A DNA stretch of 64,000 bases from an uncultured Acidobacteriota bacterium (GTDB taxonomy: Bacteria > Acidobacteriota > Vicinamibacteria > Vicinamibacterales > CAVVIG01): contig CAVOPD010000019.1 in assembly GCA_963697745.1 (NCBI GenBank), forward strand, positions 37,163 to 101,162, in the 5' to 3' direction. The notes under the pieces were generated by a model. That model did no database searches, had not been told where the DNA came from, and saw nothing but the letters and a program-made list of their open reading frames with translations. Positions within the stretch are counted from its first letter, which is position 1. Each line of letters opens with the position of its first letter. Position numbers and translations under genes: made by a program. Positions 25,663 to 36,837 of the stretch are shown here, piece after piece.

Positions 25663-26775
25663 ATGAGCGCGAACCGCAAGACTCTGCTGAACGGTTTGGA
25701 CACGCGAATCACACGGCGCAGCCTGCTGCTGTCGCTGCCGGCGATCGCCGCGGCCCGTACGGTGCTGACTGCGCAGGGGGGCGCCGGGCACGCTGAAGAT
25801 CCGCGGTTTCAACCACATGACGATCAGCGTGGCCGACCCGAAACGCTCGATCGATTTCTACCAGGGGCTCGTTCGGCCTGCCGATTCAGCGCGCGCCAGG
25901 GGAACTCGACGACCCAGCTGCGGATCGGGACCGGCCCGCAGTACATCGTCGATGAGCGCAGTGGCGCCGGGAGGCACGGCCGACATCGGCCACTACTGCG
26001 TGACGGTCGAGAACTTCAGCGTCGATCGCGTGCTCAAGGTGCTCGCGACGCACGGCGTCCAGCGCGGCGAAGGCCACGGGCGGCGGACTCAGCGGCGGTC
26101 CGATGAAGGTGCGCGTGCGCATGCGCGGGCCGGAGAACGGCGGGGCACCCGGCGGCACGCCTGAAATCTACGTCGGCGACCCCGACGGCATCGTCGTGCA
26201 GGTGCAGGACCCGAAGTACTGCGGCGGCGGCGGCGCGCTCGGTGACGTCTGTTCGCCGGAGCCGGCGCCGAAGGCGGGGCTGCATCCAGCTGAAGGAATA
26301 CAACCACTTCACGGTGTTCTCGACCGACGCGCAGCGCTCGAACCAGTTCTACAAGGACGTGTTCGGCACCGGCATCCGCTCGTACCAGGGCCCGACGGCG
26401 CCAACGATGGCGATCGGACCGACCGTGGCGTTCCTGATGTTCACCGGCGGTGGCGGCGGGCGCGCCGGCGCACCGCCGCCCGCCACGTCCGGCCACCATC
26501 AACCATGTGTGCCTGAACATGGAGAACTTCAATCCCGACCAGGTGATCAAGGCGCTCGAGAGCTACGGCATCAAGCCGCGCGAGAGCCAGACCGGGCCAG
26601 TCGCCGCCGATGCGTCACTACATCAGCATGCGCATGGAGAACCGCGGCGGCGCCAAGGAAGGAACGCCGGAGCTGTACTTCACCGACCCGGACGGCATCC
26701 TCGCTCCAGTTGCAGGACGTGAAGTACTGCGGCGGCGGCGGCTTTCTCGGCGACTCCTGCCCGCCGGTCGCCTAG
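25663..26775 (+). CDS. Tat-signal protein with two tandem VOC (glyoxalase/bleomycin-resistance/extradiol dioxygenase) domains, many frameshifts
   Basis: MSANRKTLLNGLDTRITRRSLLLSLPAIAAARTVLTAQG (twin-arginine signal). Domain 1: FNHMTISVADPKRSIDFYQGL...IGHYCVTVENFSVDRVLKVLATHGV...GGTPEIYVGDPDGIVVQVQDPKYCGGGG. Domain 2: YNHFTVFSTDAQRSNQFYKDVFG...INHVCLNMENFNPDQVIKALESYGIKPRE...EGTPELYFTDPDGIL.QLQDVKYCGGGG. Confidence 0.75.
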
Positions 26776-26807
26776 TTAGCGGCGAGGTGCGCTAACAAGT
26801 GCGCTAA

Positions 26808-26888
26808 CACGGAGGACACGGATACGACGGAGGGCACGGTCTTCTGCAGGATTACCGTGTTCTCCGTGTGAACTCCGTGTTCTCCGTG
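26808..26888. repeat. Large imperfect inverted repeat built from ACGGAG(G/A)ACACGG / CCGTGTTCTCCGT units (REP-like hairpin)
   Basis: The left arm is cacggaggacacggatacgacggagggcacgg. The right arm is ccgtgttctccgtgtgaactccgtgttctccgtg, whose reverse complement is cacggagaacacggagttcacacggagaacacgg. A direct repeat gtgcgctaaca x2 precedes it at 26787-26808. Confidence 0.8.
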
Positions 26889-26974
26889 TTGAGGCCGTTC
26901 CAAAGCCCAGCGCCGAACGCCCAATGTCCCGCGCCCATCGCCCGAAGCTCGAAGCCCGAAGTCCTCTTCGCCAC

Positions 26975-27793
26975 ATGCCTTCTGTCCCACTTCTCCAACT
27001 CACCAACGCCACCGTCGTCAAAGGGCACGACGCGGGTGCTCGACAGGCTCGACTCTGACGATTCAGGAGGGCGAGCACACGGCCATCCTCGGTCCGAACG
27101 GCGCGGGCAAGACCACGCTGCTGAATCTGCTGACGTTCGAGGACCGAGCACTCGCCGAACCGGGTGCGCCGCCGGCGGTCCGGGTGTTCGGCCGCGATCG
27201 ATGGCATGTGTTCGAACTGCGGACGCACAGGTCGGCATCGTGTCGGCCAACCTCCACGGGCGGTTCGTCGCCGGCCACAGTTCGGGCGCGATCAGCCGGC
27301 GACGACGCCGTCATCTCCGGGCTTCTTCGCCACGCAGGGGGTGTTGTTCTACGTGGACGTCACCGACGCGATGCGCGAGGAGGCACGGCACGCGCTCGAG
27401 CGCGTCGAGGCGCGGCCACCTCGCGGCCAAGCGGCTTGACAGATGTCGACCGGCGAAGCCACGGCGCGTGCTGATCGCGCGTGCCCTCGTCAGCCGGCCG
27501 CGCGCGCTCGTGCTCGACGAACCGACCACCGGCCTCGACCTCGTCGCGCGCCACCGGTTTCTCGAGACGGTCCGCCGCCTCGCCAGCGAGGGAACCACCA
27601 TCGTGCTGATCACGCACCACGTCGAGGAGATCATCCCGGAGATCGGTCAGGTGGTGCTGCTCGATCGCGGCCGGGTGGCGGCGTCAGGCGTGAAGGAGCG
27701 AGATGCTGACGGCCGAGCGGCTGTCGCCGATCTTCGGTGGTGCCGTGCACGGTCGAACGCGTGCAGACGGCTACTTCAAGCGCGCGGGCCTAG
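26975..27793 (+). CDS. Stand-alone ABC ATPase (ModF/YadG-like single cassette), frameshifted
   Basis: LLQLTNATVVKG / VLDRL.LTIQEGEHTAILGPNGAGKTTLLNLLT (Walker A) / [32 protein letters not shown] (signature and Walker B) / TIVLITHHVEEIIPEIGQVVLLDRGRVAASG. No permease gene is adjacent. The 3' end is uncertain. Confidence 0.75.
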
Positions 27794-27807
27794 CCTGTTC
27801 GCTACGT

Positions 27808-27831
27808 GCATCGCCCATCGCCCATCGCCCA
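27808..27831. repeat. Heptamer CCCATCG x3, the same unit as the array at 57995-58080
   Basis: gcatcgcccatcgcccatcgccca on direct reading. The string cgcccatcgcccatcgcc recurs at about 58033-58049. Confidence 0.8.
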
Positions 27832-27863
27832 GCGCTCGACAGGCCTCAGTGCCTGGCCCGTCG

Positions 27864-29500
27864 CTACTCAGTTCTGCCCGTCTTGCTGAACGCGTCGAGC
27901 AGGATGCGGAACCGGCTGCGTGCATCTCACCGAGGTGCGGCCGCTGCGGCGTGAGTCCGCGCACGAAGCCGTGCCGCGCCAGACTGTCGAGGATCTCCGG
28001 CGCGGTTCGTGATGACGTGCATCGGGCACATCCCACGGCGCGCCCTCGCCGCTGACGATCGCCGGCGGCTGGTGATCGCCGATCAGGATCATCACGTAAT
28101 CGCGCCCGGCGCGCTGACGCAGTATCCGGCGAACGTCTCGTACGCGTACGCCACGGCATCGACGTAGCCCGGGCCGAGGTTCATGTAGTCGGGTTCGCCG
28201 ACATAGGCCGCTCGAGTTCCTCGTCGGTGAAGGGCCGCGGCGTCAGCATCTTCGCCCAGTCCGGCTGATACGGCGCCAGCGGACTGAACGGCGTGTGCGT
28301 GCTGACGGTCGGGTAGAACACGAACAGCGGCGGACCGCGACGGCCTTCGACACTTCCTGCTCGTCCAGCTTGGCCAGCGTGAACTGGTCGGGCATGTCCC
28401 ACCAGCCGAACGACGGCCCCTGGTAGTCGAGCTTCGGACCGTTGTAGATGTCCTGGAACCCGTAGAACGCGCCTTCCGGCCACGGATACCAGAGCCCTGG
28501 CATCATCGCCAGCGTCCGGTACCCGCGCCGTGCGAAGTTGGTGACGACAGTCGGACGCTGCTCGGTCATGAGCAGCGCGTTGGCGTCGGGATCGCCGACC
28601 TTGATCCCGGAGAGGAACGTGATGTGCGCGAACCATGACGATCCGCCGAAGGTGGGCGATTCGACGAACGCGGAGACGACGTCGCGGCCGGTGTCGTGAA
28701 TGGCTCTGTCGAACATCGCACGCGGCTGCTGCAGCCGCGCGTTGAACTCGGGTCGCTCGAACGCCACGGCGCCGTACGACTCGATGAAGAACAGGAAGAC
28801 GTCCGCGCCCTGCACGCGCGTCGAGGTTCGCGTCCAGCGCTGGGCTCGGCGGCAGGTGCGTGCCGCTTCGGACATGGCCTGCACGATCAGGCGCGCCTGC
28901 CGCGCGTAGACCTGTGTGACCGGTTTCGGAAACAGCCGGCGCTCCTCGCCGAGGTAGTCGCAGGCCGAAGCAGTCCCGCCGCCTGGATGCGCGAACAGCG
29001 CGACGCCGACGATGCCAGCGAGACGAGCACTCGTCCACTGGTCGGCTCGGCGAGCGCGCCGCAACGTTTGCCGGAACGCCCATCGCACGGCGAGGTACAA
29101 CGCCGCAGATCGACAAGCACCACGACCGCAGCCGCCATCGTCCCGACGCAGCACGGCGTTGCGCGAGGCGCCGACGAGCATGGCGGCGACATCGGGCAGG
29201 AAGCGGAGGTCCCAGTAGAAGTTCAGCTCGCGTCCCCAGAGCGCTGGCGCGGTCACGTCCACGTACCGCCCGAGGATGAGCAGCAGCCATCCGGCGCTCA
29301 GCCATCGCAGCAGTCGCGCGATGATGCCGGCGATGCGGCCGCTTCCCACCGCCCACGCGAGCACGAGCAGCAGGCACGCGAGTTCCACCGACGGTTCGCC
29401 GGACCAGTGCACGGCAGGCGTCGGCCACCAGTTGCGGAACGTGACGGACGCGTCGAGCAGGAGGAGCGCCGCGAGGTGCGGCAGGAGGTCGGCGGTGCTC
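27864..29500 (-). CDS. Membrane-anchored sulfatase-fold transferase (LtaS / phosphoglycerol- or phosphoethanolamine-transferase-like), frameshifted
   Basis: TM region LLPHLAALLLLDASVTFRNWWPTPAVHWSGEPSVELACLLLVLAWAV...LLILGRYVDVTAPALWGRELNFYWDLRFLPDV, then the catalytic domain ADVFLFFIESYGAVAFERPEF...FVESPTFGGSSWFAHITFLSGIK...YQGPSFGWWDMPDQFTLAKL...PLFVFYPTVSTHTPFSP...MILIGDHQPPAIVSGEGAPWDVP. The 5' boundary with the upstream gene is unresolved and the 3' end is approximate. Confidence 0.7.
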
Positions 29501-30251
29501 AGGCACCGTGCCGCCGGAGCCAGATGACGTCCACGCCGAATGACCAGAGAAGCGACGCGAGCGTGCCGGCCGCGACGATCGACGCTCGAGGGGAAACGGG
29601 ATGAACGGCGACACGACGGCACCGAGCCCGACGATCTGCACGACGCAGATGGCCTTCCGCCTCGTGCTTGGCGGCAGGGGCGCTTCGAGCCAGCGCCACA
29701 GACGCCCCGCTGCGACGAAGAGGTAGCGCATCGCGCCGGCGAGCACGATCCATGCGCCGGCCTTGCCGTGCTGCCACGCGATGACCGCGAGCACCATGAT
29801 CAGCAGCGCATCCACCTCCATGTCGTAGCGCGCGCCGAACGGGCTCGCCATCGACGATCGCCGGGCGAGCCAGCCGTCTACGCCGTCCAGCGCCGTCGCG
29901 ACGAGCGCCGATGCGCTGCGGCGGTCCAGGCGACGGCATCGGTCGCGTGCCTCACCGATCAGCGCCGCCACGAGCGCCACCAGCACGGCGCGGAAGGTCG
30001 TGACGTGGTTGGCCGCACCGAACACATCGAACGGATGGTTCTCCCGCACGTATCCGACCGCCACGCACGCCAATTGCGACAAACGCCAACGCGGCCTTCC
30101 ACGCATAGGCCTGCGTCGTCGGGACGACAAGCCCCACGATCGACGCCGCCGCCACGGCGGTCACGACGCCGAGCGCCTGCGCGAGCAGGACGCGACCGAA
30201 CAATGGGGCGTGGGGAAGCTGCCAGGACATCACGGACATCAGCGGAGACAA
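29499..30251 (-). CDS. CDP-alcohol phosphatidyltransferase family protein, frameshifted
   Basis: The signature reads across DGVDGWLARRSSMASPFGARYDMEVDALL, matching D-G-x2-A-R-x8-G-x3-D-x3-D. It is flanked by TM segments (LLAQALGVVTAVAAASIVGLVV, LIMVLAVIAWQHGKAGAWIVLAGAMRYLFVAAG, ICVVQIVGLGAVVSPFIPFP). Possible starts are TTG 30251, ATG 30239 or ATG 30230. Confidence 0.8.
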
Positions 30252-30294
30252 CTCTCGATTGTATCGCGTGGCGGAAAGCCTGAGAATGTGAGGC

Positions 30295-31273
<979 letters not shown>

Positions 31274-31358
31274 CATAATCGACCGACTGCCCTGAAACCA
31301 ACCGCTGCGTCGGTTACACGACCGGCCAGTCGCGCGTTCTCTGTCTCTGGAGCTCTGC

Positions 31359-31770
31359 ATGTATAGCGTGTCGGTGCGCGACCATTTCATGATCGCGCAC
31401 AGCTTCAACGGCGCCGTCTTCGGCCCGGCCCAGCGTCTGCACGGCGCCACCTACGTCGTCGACGTCGAGTTCCGTCGCGGCGAGCTCGACGCCGACGGCA
31501 TCGTCGTCGACATCGGACGGGCGCTCGACACGGTGCACGCGGTCCTCGGCGGTCTGAACTTCCAGAACCTCGACGAGGTGCCGGAGTTCAAGGGGCGCAA
31601 CACGACGACCGAGTTCCTCGCCCGAGTGCATCTTCGATCGGATCGTCGCCGCCATTCACAAGCGGCGATCTCGGCGAACAGGCGCGCGGCATCGGCGTCG
31701 TACGCGTGACGCTGCACGAATCGCACGTCGCCTGGGCAGCGTTCGAAGGTCCGGTCAGCGCCGGAGCTGA
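31359..31770 (+). CDS. 6-pyruvoyl-tetrahydropterin synthase (COG0720/QueD)-like protein with a divergent active-site motif, frameshifted
   Basis: [89 protein letters not shown] / [10 protein letters not shown]...[17 protein letters not shown]. It is about 137 aa. A TGATG stop/start overlap with the next gene lies at 31768-31772. Confidence 0.7.
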
Positions 31771-32844
31771 TGTCGGCCGCACGCTGCATTTCCTCGTACC
31801 GGGCGATCTCGAGACGAAGACCGGTGGCTACGGCTACGACCGGCGAGATCGTCACGGGACTGCGTCGGCGCGGCTGGACCGTGCACGTCGCTGGCCTGCC
31901 CGGAGACTATCCCTGGCCGATCGCGACGCGAACGGGAGTCGGCGTCGAGCGCACTGGCGGCGCTGCCGGACGAGGCGCTGGTGCTCGTCGACGGCCTCGC
32001 GTTCGGCGCGCTGCCGGTGGAGGCCGAACGCGGCAGCGGTCACGTCTGCGGCTCATCGCGCTCGTGCACCATCCGCTCGGCCTGGAGACCGGCATCGATG
32101 AGGCTGACCTCCAGCGGCCTGCTCGCCTCGGAGCGCGCAGGCGCTGACCGCGGCGCGCGGAGTCGTGGTCACATCGCCTCGAACGGTGAGCGCCGTCGAA
32201 TCGCTCGGCGTCGAGCGATCGTGCATCGCCGTCGTGGAGCCGGGCACCGAGCCGACGCCGGTCGCGCCGAGGATCGGGCGGAGGCGCGATGCATCTGCTC
32301 TGCGTCGCGTCGCTGGTGCCGCGCAAAGGGCACGACACGCTGTTCGACGCGCTGGAACGGCTGCCGCATCTCGACTGGCAGCTCACCTGCGTCGGCAGCG
32401 CTCGATCGCGACTCGTCGTATGCGGCCGCATCTGGCGCGGCGCGCAGCGTCAGCCGCCGCTTCGCGGATCGCGTCGCGATGGTCGGCGAACTTGCCGGCG
32501 CGGCTCTCGACGCGGCGTACGACGCGCGGACCTGTTCGTGCTGCCGACGCACTACGAAGGCTACGGCATGGCGGTCGCCGAAGCGCTGGCGCGCGGCCTT
32601 CCGGTGGTGAGCACGGCGACCGGCGCGATCGCCGAACTGGTCGGCGCCGACGCTGGCGTGCTGGTGCCGTCGGATGACGCCGACGGCTCTCGCCGCGGCT
32701 CTTGCGACCGTGATGACCGATCGCTCGCGCCTGGACGCACGTCTGCGCAGCGGCGCGCTGCGGGCTCGCGGTTCGCTTGCCCACGTGGGACGCGGCCTCC
32801 GCACGAATGGAGGAAGCGCTCGACACGCTTCGACGCGCAGATGA
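31770..32844 (+). CDS. Group-1 (GT4-like) glycosyltransferase, frameshifted
   Basis: LHFLVPGDLETKTGGYGYDRRIVTGLRRRGWTVHVAGLPGDYPWP / ALPDEALVLVDGLAFGALP / LIALVHHPLGLETG / VVVTSPRTVSAVESLGVERSCIAVVEPG / MHLLCVASLVPRKGHDTLFDALERLPHLDWQLTCVG / DLFVLPTHYEGYGMAVAEALARGLPVVSTATGAIAELV (E-x7-E-type motif). An ATGA overlap with the next gene lies at 32841-32844. Confidence 0.75.
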
Positions 32845-33642
32845 GCGGCTTCACCGCCGAGTGGCTGGCGCTTCGCGAGCCGGCCGACACGGCGGCGCGT
32901 TCGGCGGACGGTCGCCGGCTCGTCGTCGAGTCCGTCGGACGACACAGTCGCCGCTGCGCGTCGTGGACCTCGGATGCGGCACCGGCTCGAACGTGCGGCT
33001 ATCTGTCGCCGCTTGCTTCCGACGGCGCAGGAGTGGCGCCTGGTGGATCACGATGCGGCGCTGCTTGGCGCTCGCGCGGACGCTGGTGCCGGTGCGACGT
33101 CGAGACGCGCGTCGCCGACCTGCGTCACCTGGACGCCTCGCTATTCGCGGATCGCGACCTGGTGACCGCTTCGGCGCTTCTCGATCTCGTGTCGGAGGAG
33201 TGGCTGCGGCACTTCGTGCAGCACTGCCGCCGCGCGCGTCGGCGGTCCTGGTCGCGCTGAACTACGACGGCCGCATCACCTGTTCTCCGGCCGACGAGGA
33301 CGATCGACTTCGTCCGCGATCTCGTGAACAGGCACCAGCGAACCGACAAGGGCTTCGGCCCGGCGCTCGGTCCCGATGCCGGTCCGCGCGTGGAGGCACT
33401 GTTGCGCGAAGCGGGATACGAGGTGCTGCGGGCCAGCAGCGACTGGCTGCTTGGACGCGCGACGACGTGCGCTGCAGCGCGAACTGATTGCCGGCTGGGC
33501 TGCCGCGGCGACTGAACTGTCGCCCGCGGAGGCCGATCGCGATTCGACGCGTGGCAGGCATCGGCGACTGGCACACGTCGATCGCACGCGGGTCGCACGC
33601 TGCTCGTCGGGCACGACGATGTCGGGCGCAGTGCTCAGATGA
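32841..33642 (+). CDS. Class I SAM-dependent methyltransferase, frameshifted
   Basis: MSGFTAEWLALREPADTAARSA / LRVVDLGCGTGSNVRYL (motif I) / WRLVDHDAALL / DLVTASALLDLVSEEWLRHFVQHC / VLVALNYDGRITCSPADEDD / DLVNRHQRTDKGFGPALGPDAGPRVEALLREAGYEVLRASSDW. Confidence 0.7.
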
Positions 33643-33659
33643 GCGCAGTGCTCAGATGA
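33626..33659. repeat. Perfect 17-bp tandem duplication (gcgcagtgctcagatga x2) at a convergent gene junction
   Basis: Units 33626-33642 and 33643-33659 are identical. The duplication copies the plus-strand TGA and the minus-strand stop. The two minus ORFs end at 33635 and 33652, 17 nt apart. Confidence 0.9.
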
Positions 33660-34637
33660 TGCGGGTAACCGACGCGGCAGCTGTATCCGAACCGGCTTCC
33701 GGACCCTCGACCCATGTTGCGGAGATCGCAGTCGAAGAACACGTCGCCGCCCATGCGGAACACCCGATAGCGTGGCCGCCGGCAGTCGCTGAGCGCGTCG
33801 CGCGCGGGCAGCCGAATCGCCGGGCGCCCGTTGCCGATGATGAGCGGCGCGATCGCCATCTGCAGGCGGTCGAGCAGATCGGCCTGAAGGAACATCGACA
33901 CGGTGACGCCGCCGCCCTCGACGAAGATGCGATGGCAGCCGCGTTCGCGCAGCAGTCCGAGCACGGCAGCCGCGTCCATGCCGTTCGGGGCGTCGGCACA
34001 CGGTGCGGATCGGCGCCAGGCCCATCGTGCGTCTCGCCTCGGGCTCGACGACGGCGCTCGGTGCAGATGTAGAGCGTCTCCGCCGAATCGTCGATGAAGA
34101 CCTTGTAGTGGTCGGCGAGCCGGCGCGCGGGATCGAGGACGACGCGCAGCGGGTGCGGGCCCGGCACCTTGCGCGTGGTCAGCTGCGGATCGTCGGCCGC
34201 CACGGTGCCGGCGCCGACCACCACCGCATCGCACAGCGCACGCATGCGGTGCAGGTGCAGGATGTTCTCCTCGCCGGTGACGAACTGCGAGTCGCCCGAG
34301 TGGGTGGCGATGAAGCCGTCGAGGCTCTGGCCCAGATGGCCGACGGTGATCGGCTTGCCGACGTGGCGCTGCTGATCGGCAGGTAGAGCTCGAGAAGCGC
34401 CTGTCGCGGGTCGGTCAACGGCAGCAGTGGCATCCCAGCCTGCGCCTGCACGCCAGGCGACGACCGCACTCGGGTCCTCGTCGCCGACCGGGATCAGAAC
34501 GCCATCCTGCGAGTCATCGCGAACGAGCGCGTCACGTTGGCGGCGTCGGCCGCTTCGGCCGCGCCGGACGTGGCGAGCACGATCGCCCAGGCCACGTCGA
34601 TGGCCGCGTCGTGGTCCGGACGAGTGTCGGACGGGGG
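33635..34637 (-). CDS. RibD C-terminal domain (pyrimidine/dihydrofolate reductase-like) protein with an N-terminal extension, frameshifted
   Basis: MPAPPSDTRPDHDAAIDVAWAIVLATSGAAEAADAANV.. / LLPLTDPRQALLELYLPI / KPITVGHLGQSLDGFIATHSGDSQFVTGEENILHLHRMRALCDAVVVGAGTVAADDPQLTTR...HPLRVVLDP / GCHRIFVEGGGVTVSMFLQADLLDRLQMAIAPLIIGNGRPAI...YRVFRMGGDVFFDCDL. Confidence 0.75.
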
Positions 34638-34678
34638 CGCCGGCATCACAGGCAGTCGATTATAGACTTGAGTCCCGA

Positions 34679-35512
34679 TGAGCACCGGAGCTCGCGACCT
34701 ACTACGATCGGCTCGGGCGGTGGAACCGTGCCGCGTCGAGCATTCGGCTACGGCGGCGGCAGCTCCACGCTGACGGTCCACCGCGCGCTTGCCGATCCGC
34801 GCGCGAGCGGGCGTGCCACGTACACGCGCCTGCACGACGTGCTGTGGAGCAGCTGCCGCGTTCGACGCGCCGCGCGTCCTCGATGCCGGTTGCGGCCTCG
34901 GCGGGACGATGCTGGCGCTGGCGCGTGAGCGGCACGCCACATGCGTCGGTCTGACCCTGAGCCGCTCGCAGGCGGACTGCGCGAATGCGGCAGCCGCGCG
35001 CGTCGGGCTGTCGTCGACAGTGAGAGCTCTGGTGCAGAGCTACGATCGTCCTCCCGCGGGCCCGTTCGATCTGATCGTCGCCATCGAATCGCTCGCGCAC
35101 AGTGCAGACCCGGCAGCGAAGCGTCACCGCACTCGCGCGGGTGCTCGCCCCGGGCGGCTATCTCGTGATCGTTGACGACATGCCGGAAGGCTCGGCCGCG
35201 GGATCGCCCGATCTGGAGACGTTCAAGCGAGGATGGCAGTGTCCTGTGCTTTGACCGCATCGGGCATATCACGAGGTCTTCGCCCGCGCCGGACTTGACC
35301 GGGTGTCGCAGCTGGACCTCACCGACCATTGCCGTCCACGGGCAGCAGCGCGTCGGCGCAGCTCACGGCGCTCAACCGCGCTGGTGCATCGGTTGGTTCC
35401 GTCGGCGGCATCGCGGCAGGTGATGGATTCGCACCTGGGCGGCCTCGCACTCGAGCGGCTGATTGCGCGCGGGTCTCATGCGCTACCGCCTGCTCATCGC
35501 GCAAAGGCCTGA
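34679..35512 (+). CDS. Second class I SAM-dependent methyltransferase, frameshifted
   Basis: YYDRLGRWNRAA / FGYGGGSSTLTVHRALADPRASGRATYTRLHDVLW / RVLDAGCGLGGTMLALARERHATCVGLTLSRSQADCANAAAARVGLSSTVRALVQSYD..PFDLIVAIESLAHSADPA / LAPGGYLVIVDDM. The 3' end is uncertain (35512-35528). Confidence 0.7.
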
Positions 35513-35540
35513 GCTTCGGGTATCCTGAGACGTTGGACGC

Positions 35541-36811
35541 ATGCCCATGAACTCAGGACCGAATGCTGTCGCTCTACGGCGATCTCGCCGTCCGGATTGC
35601 CCTCAACCTGCAGCCCGGCCAGCGGCTGTTGATCATCGGTCCGCTTGCCAATGGCGGCGCGTCGCTCGAAGCGGCCCCGCTGGTCCGGTGCATCGCCGAA
35701 AGCGCCTACAAGGCGGGCGCGCAGTTTGTCGAAACACTGTGGGGCGACGAAGCGCTGCAGCTCGCGCGTTTCACATACGCGCCGCGCGACTCCTTCGATC
35801 AGTTCTCGTCGTGGTTTCCGGATGCGCTCGACGCAGCACGTCCATGCCGGTCACGCGGTCCTGTCGATCTACGCCAACGATCCGGACCTGCTGAAGGACC
35901 AGCCGCCCGAGCTGGTCGGTGCCGTTCAGAAGGCCGTCTCGCGCGCGGTGCGTCCCTTCCGCGAACATGTGTCGAAGAACGGCACGAACTGGTCGGTCGT
36001 GGCCGCCGCGTCGCGCGGCTGGGCTGCCGCGTGTCTTTCCGGATCTGCCCCCCGCGCAGCAGGTGGACACGCTGTGGGACGCGATCGCGAAACTCGTGCG
36101 CCTCGATCGGCCCGACCCGGTGGCCGCGTGGGAAGCATCACCTCGCCGCGCTGGCCGCCCGCCGCGATTTCCTGAACGAGCGCCGGTACGGTGCGCTCAA
36201 GTACCGCGGTCCCGGCACCGACCTGACGCTGGGCCTCGCGCCCGGCCACCAGTGGGTGAGCGGCCGCTCGACGAGCCAGCAGGGCATTCCGTTCGCGCCC
36301 GAACCTGCCGACCGAGGAAGTGTTCACGATGCCCCACAAGGATCGCGTGGACGGCACGGTGCGTTCGACGAAGCCGCTCAGCTATGGCGGAACGCTCATC
36401 GAGGAGTTCACGATGACGTTCGAGGCCGGCCGTGTGGTCAGGGCCGACGCCAGACGTGGCCAGACGGTGCTGACGCAGCTGCTGGAGACCGATCCCGGCG
36501 CAGCGCGGCTCGGCGAGGTCGCCCTCGTCCCGCACAACTCGCCGGTCGCCCAGTCAGGCCTGCTGTTCTACAACACGCTCTTCGACGAGAACGCCGCGAG
36601 CCACGTCGCGCTCGGGTCGGCGTACAAATTCACGCTGGCGGACGGCGAAGGCATGAACGACGAGCAGTTCGAGCAGGCCGGCGGCAACCGCAGCGCCACG
36701 CATGTCGATTTCATGATCGGTTCGTCAACAGCTCGACGTCGACGGTGTGCTGCCGGACGGCACGGTCGAACCGCTGATGCGCAATGGCGACTGGGCTGTC
36801 GCCGTCGCGTG
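35541..36811 (+). CDS. M29-family aminopeptidase (aminopeptidase T / AmpS-like), frameshifted
   Basis: RMLSLYGDLAVRIALNLQPGQRLLIIGPLANGGASLEAAPLVRCIAESAYKAGAQFVETLWGDE / HAVLSIYANDPDLLKDQPPELVGAVQKA / YRGPGTDLTLGLAPGHQWVSG / EEVFTMPHKDRVDGTVRSTKPLSYGGTLIEEFTMTFEAGRVV...LGEVALVPHNSPVAQSGLLFYNTLFDENAASHVALGSAY...NRSATHVDFMIGS. Confidence 0.82.
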
Positions 36812-36837
36812 AACGTCCGAGCCCACACGCTAGGAGC

